From assembly GCF_022701215.1 (NCBI RefSeq), contig NZ_CP089976.1, positions 30,001 through 62,000 of the forward strand: DNA of 32,000 bases, read 5' to 3'. Shown piece after piece: positions 1-7,559 of the stretch (positions are counted from its first letter, which is position 1; each line of letters opens with the position of its first letter). The notes beneath the pieces are model-generated. The model saw nothing but the letters and a program-made list of their open reading frames with translations, did no database searches and was not told where the DNA came from. This DNA is from Moraxella nasovis. Lineage in GTDB: Bacteria; Pseudomonadota; Gammaproteobacteria; Pseudomonadales; Moraxellaceae. The position numbers and the translations under genes were made by a program.

Positions 1-1619
1 AAACTAGCAAGAGAGGAGCCACCTATCTTATCAAGCAAAGACGATTTTTCTTCAGATTTCACCTTAAGATCGTTTATACCATCCTCTAAGGACCCTTTTC
101 TTTTGTTTAATTTATCAAGTTCATCTTGAGTGACAAGCTCATTAGCTGACCCCTCCAACACGTTTTCAGCGATGTTTGATCTCTCATCAATTTCAGCAGC
201 AACAGCATTGATCATACCGTTTTCATTAACACTATCTACCTCCACTGCATGTTTTGGCTTATATGAAAATTGGTATAAAGCATCTACATCTTCAATATTA
301 CAATTATGGACAGTAACTCTATTGACTCTTGAATGCTCGCCAATATCTGCACCAAACAATTTGTGAGTTACCTCATCTTTAACCATATCTTGGCTTTGCG
401 ATACATCGACAGACTCCCTAATATTAGCCAGACCCTCAACATCTTGATTTTTACTGATATCTTGGTAGGCTTTGGTGCTAAGTTTTGCACTCAAATTCTC
501 TTTTTTAGATGATTTTTGACCTAACTTTGAGGCAGCTTTTTTTACCAAATGCCCTACACCATAAAGCAAATAAACACCGAGTGGGAGCACTTCTTTTTTC
601 TCTTTATGCTCACCTTGCATGATGGGTCTTGTTTTGGGGGCAGGGGACATTAAATACACAGAACCTTCACCCTGCCTCTTATTATTCAACTTCTCATACA
701 ATTCATTTTTTCGCTCAGATATATGGTCAGTAAGAGGATTGTTTGCAACACCCAAATCTTTATCAGCAATAGCATCTCTTTCATCTCCCTGTAAGGACTG
801 CTCTGCCTTATTGTCATATTCCCTCATATTGGCTTGTTGCTCAATATTTTTTTCTTTATTAAAGGTCTTGCTAAAGGACATGGGGACCTCAAGCATATTG
901 CGTCCTTCCCCCTGTCTGATTGCCTCCTCCATCACGCCTGCAAGAGAATCATCTTCAAACCCATATCCGTAATCTTCCATGAAATGAGCTAGCCGAATCC
1001 CACTCTCTTGATTATCCCTTATATACACTTCAAGATTTTTATAAAACTTATCCGCTTCTTGTTTATCTTCATTTTGATCAGCAAAACCAAACCCTCGAAA
1101 ATGATTAAAGTCTTCCCATTTAATCCCTTTTTCACTAATGTGTAATTTACCATTTGAATCACATATGATAAAAGAGTTGATATGGTTTGTGTGTGAAGCC
1201 TCAAGCCAATGCTTGCCATGCTGTTTAAAATCATTTATCAAAGGATTCTTTGCCACTTCTCTTTTAAACTCATCGCGCAAATCATCTAAAAACGTTAACT
1301 TTTGTTCAGGATCCTCTATACTCCTATTAGATTCATACAGATTATGCTTTAAGATTGTATTTGTGATTTTTTTGACATCTTCATGCTTTACATAACCATT
1401 ATCTTGAACGTATTGATAATCAATACCCTGAATACCTTCGCCTTTTTTGCCTAAGGCAATCCAATTAGCAAATTCTATATTTTTTTGAATAAGGTCATAC
1501 TTATCTTGATATTTATCAAGATACTCTTGCTTTTTCCTATCTTTTATATCAAATAACAAATCACCAAAAATATCGGCACGCTCATCACCGTTTTTAAACT
1601 CATTTAAACTGTCTACCAT
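1..1619 (-). CDS. hypothetical protein, >=539 aa, 3' end beyond window start (absent from supplied ORF track)
   Basis: Hand translation of the minus strand from ATG 1619-1617 (MVDSLNEFKNGDERADIFGDLLFDIKDRKKQEYLDKYQ...) stays open to position 3. No tta/cta/tca triplet occurs in that phase (checked codon by codon for 1-660, and by translation of the reverse complement for the rest). A G6 run lies 3 nt upstream of the ATG and is SD-like. The gene starts 33 nt after the stop of 1652..4216 on the same strand. The + strand track ORFs at 130, 619 and 1138 all share one phase, typical of antisense shadows. No recognisable motif (no Walker A). Confidence 0.7.
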   Translation of the reverse strand, partial: MVDSLNEFKNGDERADIFGDLLFDIKDRKKQEYLDKYQDKYDLIQKNIEFANWIALGKKGEGIQGIDYQYVQDNGYVKHEDVKKITNTILKHNLYESNRSIEDPEQKLTFLDDLRDEFKREVAKNPLINDFKQHGKHWLEASHTNHINSFIICDSNGKLHISEKGIKWEDFNHFRGFGFADQNEDKQEADKFYKNLEVYIRDNQESGIRLAHFMEDYGYGFEDDSLAGVMEEAIRQGEGRNMLEVPMSFSKTFNKEKNIEQQANMREYDNKAEQSLQGDERDAIADKDLGVANNPLTDHISERKNELYEKLNNKRQGEGSVYLMSPAPKTRPIMQGEHKEKKEVLPLGVYLLYGVGHLVKKAASKLGQKSSKKENLSAKLSTKAYQDISKNQDVEGLANIRESVDVSQSQDMVKDEVTHKLFGADIGEHSRVNRVTVHNCNIEDVDALYQFSYKPKHAVEVDSVNENGMINAVAAEIDERSNIAENVLEGSANELVTQDELDKLNKRKGSLEDGINDLKVKSEEKSSLLDKIGGSSLAS

Positions 1620-1651
1620 ATACCCCCCAATCAATCAATTTTTCAAAAAGA

Positions 1652-4216
1652 CTAAAAACCCACACCCATATCCAAACTTGTCTCATGATGGGGCTTTTTT
1701 GAGATGGCTAAGTCCTCCCCCAACTTCATACCCAAATCTACATTGTCTACAGTTAAATCACCAAAAGACATACCAGACAAGTCTTCTGTACCTATATAAA
1801 AAAGGGATAAATCTTGCTCTTTATAAGAAAGGGCTAAATCTTGCTCTTTTTTTCTTTCGTACTCAATAATTTCAATATCAAAGCTCAAAAATGGCTTTGT
1901 ACCCAGTGATTCTTGAGGATTTTTAACAAATTGCTCAAATTGTTCAAAATTATTAGCATTTTGTTTATCACTCTTAGGGTCTGGTAGTACCGCTCTTAAA
2001 GAATCATGGGTAGGAAGTGTAATCTGCACTTCAAGGTTATTCTCGTGGGATTTTAAGGCCAACTGCTCATGCACAATCTTCATTTCTTGATCTGCTCGAC
2101 TTTGAATAATATTCTGAACAAGTCTAGAGGCAAATAAATCTACACGCTCACCATCTTTGTCATAGGTGATGGTTGTTGAATTGCCAAACCCTCCTTCTTT
2201 AAGCTGTATATCCGGGTAAATCATCTGGTCCCCCGTATCATAGACAACCACTAATTCAAGTGGTCCTGATGGGGGTGCCAAATTTGGCTTAACAAAGTTT
2301 TCGTGAAATTCCAATGCAAAATTCGCTTCTTTACTGTCTTGCAGTAAATCAACAGGCTTGATACTTGGTTTATCAGTTGGTCTTATCAAAATCTGTATGA
2401 CATTGCCTGGAGTGCCTAAACTCATCTGTGCTTCTTTATTCTCCAAACCTTGTTTTAAAAAATCATCAACCCGCTCATGTGTTTGAGCAATCTCAGGAAA
2501 GTCTTTTTTAAACTCATTGATATAAGCGCGAGACTCCTCCACACTCCAGCCCGTCTTAGCGGACAACCCACCTGCCCCTTGACCGTATAAAGAAGAAATA
2601 ATAAGCACCTTAGATTGCTTTCTTTTTTCCTCAATATCTTGCACAAGGGTGGGGTCGTGGGTATGGGGGTCGTCAAGAATATACCGTATTTCTTTTGCTT
2701 TTTGTTCATCACTAGCGTGCCGAGCAGATAATTCTTTTTTAGCTACCATACCAGAATAAATATCTACGTTTTTCTGTACCATTTGTTGAATGGTTTTTAT
2801 ACCCAAAACATCAGCAGCAGTTCTTACTTCAAGCTGCTGACCATCAAAATCCATTGCAACATAGCCATCTTTAGGAACAATACATTCTTTTGCATTAGCC
2901 GTTAAACCCTGAAAATTTATCTTAAAGGTATCTAAAGGAGTGTGTCTGCCAGTAATTGCTCCATAAGCATTGATAGGTATCGGTATTCCACCTTCATGTT
3001 CTTGAGCCAATGCTTTAAGCTTTACCAAGTTTTGCATGGGGTATGTATAAGCATTGTACGCACTTCTTAATTCAAGTAAGCTTTGAACATAAGACAGTCT
3101 GTTCTTTTCATATTCACTGGCATCATCAGCTAAAGTATATTGCTTTAAAAAGAGCGTTTCTTTTGATTTATGAGAGGTTAGTTTCTCAATATTAGCCGCT
3201 TGACCTGTTTTTTGAGTTAAATCATCAAACCACCTAGGATTAACCAAGGACTCCCCTTGACTGCCATAAGCAGCAAGCAAACTATCCTTAAAAGCTATAG
3301 GGTAGCTAATACTGATTAAATCAGGGTTATCTAGGATAAATTGAACGTTTGCATTAATTAACTTGTGATGATGATTTTTGGTGTGATTTTCAACCAGGGG
3401 ATCAGAACTTGATATTTTTTGAAAATTTAAATGTTTCTGCCTAAAATCTTGTTTTAAAGACAATTCTAAGTCTATAACCTTATCTTGATCCAAGTGCAAG
3501 CAGGGTTCATTGTGTTGCATTCTAGCTATTTGGTCAGAAATAAGACAAGCACGATGAAAAGCCTTGGTTCCAGGGTTATCGTTTTGATTGCCATAAGCAA
3601 AAGGTGCCTCAAAATGTTCCTTCAAAGACAAATAACCCATTGCTAAGATTTTGCCATCAGTATAATTTTTTTGAAATTCGCCAGGGGATACAGACTTTAA
3701 AAACTCATTATCTTTTTTAGTCCTTTCATTTAAAAAATCAACAACAATCTTTTTACCCTGTGTCTGTTCATCATTAAGTAGTTGCTTGACATCCATATCA
3801 TTTATAATAGACAATTCATGTTTTGTTTGAACACTTCTGTTTTTTGCCTCAATGAGTTTTCTTTTAAACAAACTATGTTCAGCAGACAACCTAGAGCCAT
3901 CTCTTGCTGCGAGGGTGGGTAGGTGGGTTGCCTTATATAAATCCTGGATATTTACAAATCTAACTGTCATGTCATCGGGTCTGACACCCAAATAATCTGC
4001 GATATCACCTGGGGTTACATCATCACTGTGCACTAAATGGGTTGCATCAAGTGGTTTGTTGGTAATATCAGCAGTTAAAAAAGACTTTAAAACTTCTATG
4101 TCTGGATCCGCCCTACGAACGGTATTTGTTTTGGAGTCCACAACCCAAAACTCAGGACTTTCATCTTTTAAATCCTGTGTGTTTTTTGGCCAAGATATAG
4201 TAACTACATTTGTCAT
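1652..4216 (-). CDS. divergent family-A (Pol I-like) DNA polymerase domain protein, 854 aa
   Basis: The C-terminal half carries the ordered family-A motifs. TGR: YGAITGRHTPLDTFKINFQGL (aa 418-437; compare TGRLSSSDPNLQNIP). Motif A: VAMDFDGQQLEVR (D458, E463, R465; compare DYSQIELR). Motif B: RKQSKVLIISSLYG (R532, K536, Y544-G545; compare RxxxKxxxFxxxYG). Motif C: LPTHDSL (H737-D738; compare HDE). The N-terminal ~415 aa has no motif I recognise, and no Exo I-III motifs were seen. Confidence 0.65.
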   Translation of the reverse strand: MTNVVTISWPKNTQDLKDESPEFWVVDSKTNTVRRADPDIEVLKSFLTADITNKPLDATHLVHSDDVTPGDIADYLGVRPDDMTVRFVNIQDLYKATHLPTLAARDGSRLSAEHSLFKRKLIEAKNRSVQTKHELSIINDMDVKQLLNDEQTQGKKIVVDFLNERTKKDNEFLKSVSPGEFQKNYTDGKILAMGYLSLKEHFEAPFAYGNQNDNPGTKAFHRACLISDQIARMQHNEPCLHLDQDKVIDLELSLKQDFRQKHLNFQKISSSDPLVENHTKNHHHKLINANVQFILDNPDLISISYPIAFKDSLLAAYGSQGESLVNPRWFDDLTQKTGQAANIEKLTSHKSKETLFLKQYTLADDASEYEKNRLSYVQSLLELRSAYNAYTYPMQNLVKLKALAQEHEGGIPIPINAYGAITGRHTPLDTFKINFQGLTANAKECIVPKDGYVAMDFDGQQLEVRTAADVLGIKTIQQMVQKNVDIYSGMVAKKELSARHASDEQKAKEIRYILDDPHTHDPTLVQDIEEKRKQSKVLIISSLYGQGAGGLSAKTGWSVEESRAYINEFKKDFPEIAQTHERVDDFLKQGLENKEAQMSLGTPGNVIQILIRPTDKPSIKPVDLLQDSKEANFALEFHENFVKPNLAPPSGPLELVVVYDTGDQMIYPDIQLKEGGFGNSTTITYDKDGERVDLFASRLVQNIIQSRADQEMKIVHEQLALKSHENNLEVQITLPTHDSLRAVLPDPKSDKQNANNFEQFEQFVKNPQESLGTKPFLSFDIEIIEYERKKEQDLALSYKEQDLSLFYIGTEDLSGMSFGDLTVDNVDLGMKLGEDLAISKKPHHETSLDMGVGF
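1801..1849 (-). repeat. in-frame 27-bp-period tandem duplication (22-bp core aaaggg[a/c]taaatcttgctcttt x2) in 3' end of polymerase-like gene
   Basis: Cores at 1801-1822 and 1828-1849 are 21/22 identical. They encode KEQDLALSY / KEQDLSLFY in the acidic C-terminal tail. Confidence 0.8.
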
Positions 4217-4345
4217 GATGATACCAGTTGTTGATTTTAGTTTATATTACAAATGTGGAGTGGAGGGGTTGATAGCACTAACAAGCCGTCTAGATTGCAA
4301 AAAGCAAACCCGTGCAGCACCATATAGGGGCTAGTGTACAACACG

Positions 4346-4367
4346 GCTTGCCAATCAGCTTGCCAAT
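4346..4367. promoter_or_regulatory. direct repeat GCTTGCCAAT x2 (12-bp period) in divergent intergenic region
   Basis: gcttgccaat ca gcttgccaat lies between the polymerase operon start (4216, -) and ORF 4528 (+). It is a possible protein-binding site; function unknown. Confidence 0.3.
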
Positions 4368-4512
4368 TACCTAAATTCAGTTTATACTATTAAATATAAC
4401 TTAACACTATTTTAAGTTAGTGTCAATTCTGAATAACCAGATTAAGGTATTGGATTCATGTCTAATTCCCCGGCTTTAAAAATCACTCATTTTTTTTCAT
4501 CAATATAGAAAA

Positions 4513-4557
4513 ATAATATTTTTAATATTGTTAATATTGTTAATATTGTTAATAATA
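4513..4557. repeat. 9-bp tandem repeat TTAATATTG (3 perfect copies at 4522-4548 plus degenerate flanking copies)
   Basis: The sequence reads directly as taatatttt ttaatattg ttaatattg ttaatattg ttaataata. It overlaps the annotated TTG start of ORF 4528. Confidence 0.85.
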
Positions 4558-5031
4558 TGTGTAATTTTTATAGCTTACCAACTGCTATCCGAACCAAAAC
4601 CTCGAACTTATAGCGACTATTTTGAAACAGCTGATGAGGTTATTCTGATTGAGGAGTCAGCCACAAAAATATCTGGCGCATATTCAGGTCTCGAACATCA
4701 AATGGGAACCGAAGCTTATGAAGCATTGGTATTAGGAATTCCTGTCAGTCCTGAAAGTGAATTTTACAAAACCCAGCAGCAAACGTTTGGGTCGGCTATC
4801 AACGAGGCAAAGCACGCAAGTAGTGTTGTTGCTGAACACGAAAGTCAAATTCAACAAAAGGGCGGGCTAGTTGATTTAAATGATCTGCAAAGTTTTGATA
4901 CAGGACGAGTTTTAGATCCTGAAACGAGAAAATCGATACTGAGTATGACAGGTGAGTCTACCAGCATCTCCGAAACCAAGGTTGAAACTGAGGAATCGGG
5001 TGAAAATAGAATTTTAGCCTCACAAGATTGA
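4528..5031 (+). CDS. hypothetical protein (possible N-terminal membrane anchor); start uncertain
   Basis: 167-aa ORF. The N-terminal hydrophobic stretch MLILLILLIICVIFIAYQLL is translated from the 9-bp AT-rich repeat, so it may be artefactual. The first in-frame ATG is at codon 59. No recognisable domain. Confidence 0.4.
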   Translation: MLILLILLIICVIFIAYQLLSEPKPRTYSDYFETADEVILIEESATKISGAYSGLEHQMGTEAYEALVLGIPVSPESEFYKTQQQTFGSAINEAKHASSVVAEHESQIQQKGGLVDLNDLQSFDTGRVLDPETRKSILSMTGESTSISETKVETEESGENRILASQD

Positions 5032-5195
5032 GTGGACTAATAATTGTAAAAAAAAATCCACCTAGCGGTGGTCGATAAGCTATGAGTGCGAAAACCATAG
5101 CAATGTTTGACAAATTTACAAAAAGCGGGGGGGGTTTTAGGAAGGGTTTGGGCAAACATCGGCTAACTCACGAGACGAGCTTACTAAAATTATTT

Positions 5196-5335
5196 GTCAT
5201 ATTTGATAGTAAAATTTGCGTCAATCCGTCATATTTTAGCGTCAATCTTTATTTAAATAAAAATAATAAAATATTCTTTTTTTTTATTTTAAAAAAATAA
5301 TTTAAAACAATTATTATTCTTTAATTAAGGGCCTT
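5196..5335. promoter_or_regulatory. oriV-like region: iteron-like direct repeats followed by an extreme AT-rich tract
   Basis: GTCATATTT occurs at 5196 and 5228. GCGTCAATC occurs at 5218 and 5239 (21-bp spacing). About 85 bp that is almost pure A/T follows (5248-5330), immediately upstream of the Rep_3-like gene. This is the layout typical of iteron-type theta origins. Confidence 0.4.
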
Positions 5336-5342
5336 TGTTTTC

Positions 5343-5373
5343 CTTGACAAGTCAAGATAGGCGGTGCGACAAT
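5343..5373 (+). promoter_or_regulatory. putative rep promoter with perfect palindrome CTTGAC-AA-GTCAAG overlapping the -35
   Basis: TTGACA at 5344-5349, an 18-nt spacer, then GACAAT at 5368-5373 (4/6 match). The palindrome at 5343-5356 is a plausible autorepression operator. The promoter overlaps the GTG at 5364, which argues for the ATG at 5409 as the start. Confidence 0.4.
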
Positions 5374-5408
5374 ATCACGCTCTTCCTATTTCTAACAACC
5401 GAAAGATC

Positions 5409-6638
5409 ATGACTATCCAAGACTTCCAACCAACCCCAGAAAGACTATCCAAGCTAGAAGAAAAGATGGCAGCTTATGATTCTTCTTCTGAACAGCAAAT
5501 AGATAGAAGATCTTACTTTGAACTTGCTATACAACAAATTATGGAAGAAGAAGAACAAAAAGTAGCTGCTAAACCTTCAGACCCCGTAGACATACTTTAC
5601 AATTCTTTGTTTTCAAAAAAAGAAAACAGCCCATCACCACTCCCCCCAAAAGAACAAATCAAAGAAGAAAACAACAATAATCCCATATTTCAATCACCAA
5701 CATCCTTTAAAAAAGAAAAATATGAGATTATTCTGATAAATAGATTTTTACATGCTTTGACTGGTTTATCCAGTATTCAAAGAAAATATATAACTTTTTT
5801 CGTTTCAGTTAATAAAGAATTTTTTAATAACAAAAAAGAATTATTATATTCTTTTAATATTAAAGCAGAGCAATTTATATTTTCTTGTCAAGAAAATATA
5901 AACGAAAGAAATGTTGAGCGGACTTACCAAGAGTTATCTGAAATAACCGAATCTCTTCTTCAAAGATATTTTCATCATAAAGAGTGTTTGCTTGAAGATC
6001 GACCAGTCACAGTAAGCACTTCATGGATTGTCAGCGCCTGTTTTTCAAAACAAGATCATTCTATAGTTATTACAATTTCTCATGAAGTGGCACAGCTACT
6101 AGACACTTTTAATAACTATTCATTTTTTAACAATGATCATAAAAATATATTATTTGATTTAACCGGGCACTCGGTGTTGTTGTTTGAGCTTGTTATAAGA
6201 AACTTAATACAAGGACACACACGAGTTAAGATGAGTATTGATTATTTAAGAGAGTTTTTCGATTGCACACATAGCTACTCTAATGTCTCAGATTTTAAAG
6301 CTTATGTGATTGATAAATCCATTAGTGAAATAAGCCAAAAAACATCACTTAGTATTACTTACACACAAGAAAGAACATCTCGAGTGGTGACGGATTTACT
6401 ATTTACCTTTCAAGATAGAAATGCCACAACCCAGCATCCCAATCAAAATACATCAATTGGGGTGTTAAAAACGCCTGAGGTTGGGTTTTCTATGACTGAA
6501 GATGATCTTTATCTATATTCTCAAAAAATTGCAGCAGCTTTAGATAAAACAGCTCAACAAGTAAGATTAGAACTATTAGACCCCCTTCAACAAAAACAGC
6601 ATATTCCTTTTTTAAAACTACTGGGATATAAATTCTAA
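5409..6638 (+). CDS. plasmid replication initiator, Rep_3 (RepB/iteron-binding) family-like
   Basis: Rep_3-like layout: INRFLHALTGLSSIQRKYITFFVS ... HSVLLFELVIRNLIQGHTRVKMSIDYLREFFDC..YSNVSDFKAYVIDKSISEISQKTSLSITYTQERTSRVVTDLLFTF (compare the conserved ...Y..f.dfk.rvl.pai.Ein..t.l.v.y...k.gr.v..l.F). It has a ~110-aa low-complexity N-terminal extension. The track ORF begins at GTG 5364; the ATG at 5409 is preferred. Confidence 0.65.
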   Translation: MTIQDFQPTPERLSKLEEKMAAYDSSSEQQIDRRSYFELAIQQIMEEEEQKVAAKPSDPVDILYNSLFSKKENSPSPLPPKEQIKEENNNNPIFQSPTSFKKEKYEIILINRFLHALTGLSSIQRKYITFFVSVNKEFFNNKKELLYSFNIKAEQFIFSCQENINERNVERTYQELSEITESLLQRYFHHKECLLEDRPVTVSTSWIVSACFSKQDHSIVITISHEVAQLLDTFNNYSFFNNDHKNILFDLTGHSVLLFELVIRNLIQGHTRVKMSIDYLREFFDCTHSYSNVSDFKAYVIDKSISEISQKTSLSITYTQERTSRVVTDLLFTFQDRNATTQHPNQNTSIGVLKTPEVGFSMTEDDLYLYSQKIAAALDKTAQQVRLELLDPLQQKQHIPFLKLLGYKF

Positions 6639-6655
6639 ATCATCTAAGCGTTAAA

Positions 6656-6692
6656 AACCCACTAATAGAAAAAAAATAGTGGGTTTTTTTTT
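6656..6692 (+). terminator. rho-independent terminator after rep
   Basis: Stem aacccacta (6656-6664) pairs with tagtgggtt (6677-6685), followed by a T-run. Confidence 0.7.
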
Positions 6693-6930
6693 ATTTTTAA
6701 AAAAAATTACAAAAGTTTACAAATATTTTTAATGAACGATTCTTCGCTATGACTGCTGATAATCGTTTACTATTGTTTAGTTTTTTCTAATTACACTATT
6801 GACAAAAACTTAATTATATTTTATTGTTAGTTTGTGTTGTAAGTATTGTTTACACAACTTTCAAAATAAGGTAGTGGGCTATACTCAACTCAACCAATCC
6901 TTAAATAAGGCCTATTTCAAGGTGTAGATT

Positions 6931-7347
6931 ATGAATGTAAAAAATAAATTAGAGCGTATGACACATGTTACCAATCATACCGTTACAAAGCTATGGGTAC
7001 TAGCGGCATTATTGCCTATGACTTTAGTTGCACGTGCCCAATCTTCAAATAAAAAAAATTATCTGGATCAACTTGCAGATGCAAATGGCGTCAATTTAAA
7101 TAAAAATGGCTCTATTACTAATTCTCTGAATGACTTTAAGACATTTGGTACATCCTTTTTTGAAATTGCAGCAATCGCTGCTCTATTAGGCGGGATTCTC
7201 TTTGCCATTATTAGCCTTGTTAATATCATCACAAAAGGCAAAAATGGTCAGCCTACCGGTCCTTATTGGTGGAGATTATTAGGTGCTATAGGTATGGTAT
7301 ATCTTGTCTATGTTAACTTTGTTAGCAAAGCAGCATCAGGTGGCTAA
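6931..7347 (+). CDS. small membrane protein: signal-peptide-like N-terminus plus two TM helices (VirB2/TrbC-pilin-like or holin-like topology)
   Basis: The N-terminus KLWVLAALLPMTLVARA|QSS contains an AxA motif. Hydrophobic segments are FFEIAAIAALLGGILFAIISLVNII and WWRLLGAIGMVYLVYVNFV, separated by the short loop KGKNGQPTGPY. The C-terminus is glycine-rich (ASGG). The call rests on topology only, with no sequence-level family match. Confidence 0.6.
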   Translation: MNVKNKLERMTHVTNHTVTKLWVLAALLPMTLVARAQSSNKKNYLDQLADANGVNLNKNGSITNSLNDFKTFGTSFFEIAAIAALLGGILFAIISLVNIITKGKNGQPTGPYWWRLLGAIGMVYLVYVNFVSKAASGG

Positions 7348-7374
7348 GTTTCAAACTAACACCAAGTTCAAAAG

Positions 7375-7509
7375 CTGTTCCTTAAAACCTAGCTAAACCT
7401 ACCTATAAGGTAGGTTTAGCGTTTAATTTACTTCAATGTTGTTTGCCTTATTTATTTAAACTTGGACTTAGCAACTCCATAGGCGTTTTTAATTGGGGAT
7501 AAAACTTAC
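7375..7509 (-). repeat. inverted repeat copy A (135 bp), solo IS-end (RE/omega-RNA-like) sequence
   Basis: It aligns to the reverse complement of 10739-10875 with 8 mismatches and one 2-nt indel (hand alignment). It contains a perfect 12-bp-stem hairpin, ctaaacctacct-ata-aggtaggtttag. Confidence 0.9.
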
Positions 7510-7559
7510 TAGCTGTTGATGATGGTATAGATTTTTCTGAATTTAAGGCAGGTTCTCCG

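Noticed and set aside
130-1395. Track ORFs 130..366(+), 619..972(+), 1138..1395(+) and 1019..1234(-)
   Set aside because: All lie inside the long uninterrupted minus-strand ORF 1..1619. The three + ORFs share one phase, which is the antisense-shadow pattern. Their products are low-complexity Ser/Leu/Cys-rich with no start signals.
5057-5071. Hairpin ccacc-tagc-ggtgg after ORF 4528, preceded by an A9 run
   Set aside because: The stem is only 5 bp and no T-run follows on the + strand. It would only work as a weak terminator for minus-strand transcription. Too weak to call.
5082-5300. 72-aa ORF (+) and the overlapping 4958..5155(-) ORF
   Set aside because: They span the G8 tract, the iteron-like repeats and the extreme AT-rich tract. 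The products are low-complexity (…NKNNKIFFFFILKK). The region is better explained as origin or promoter DNA.
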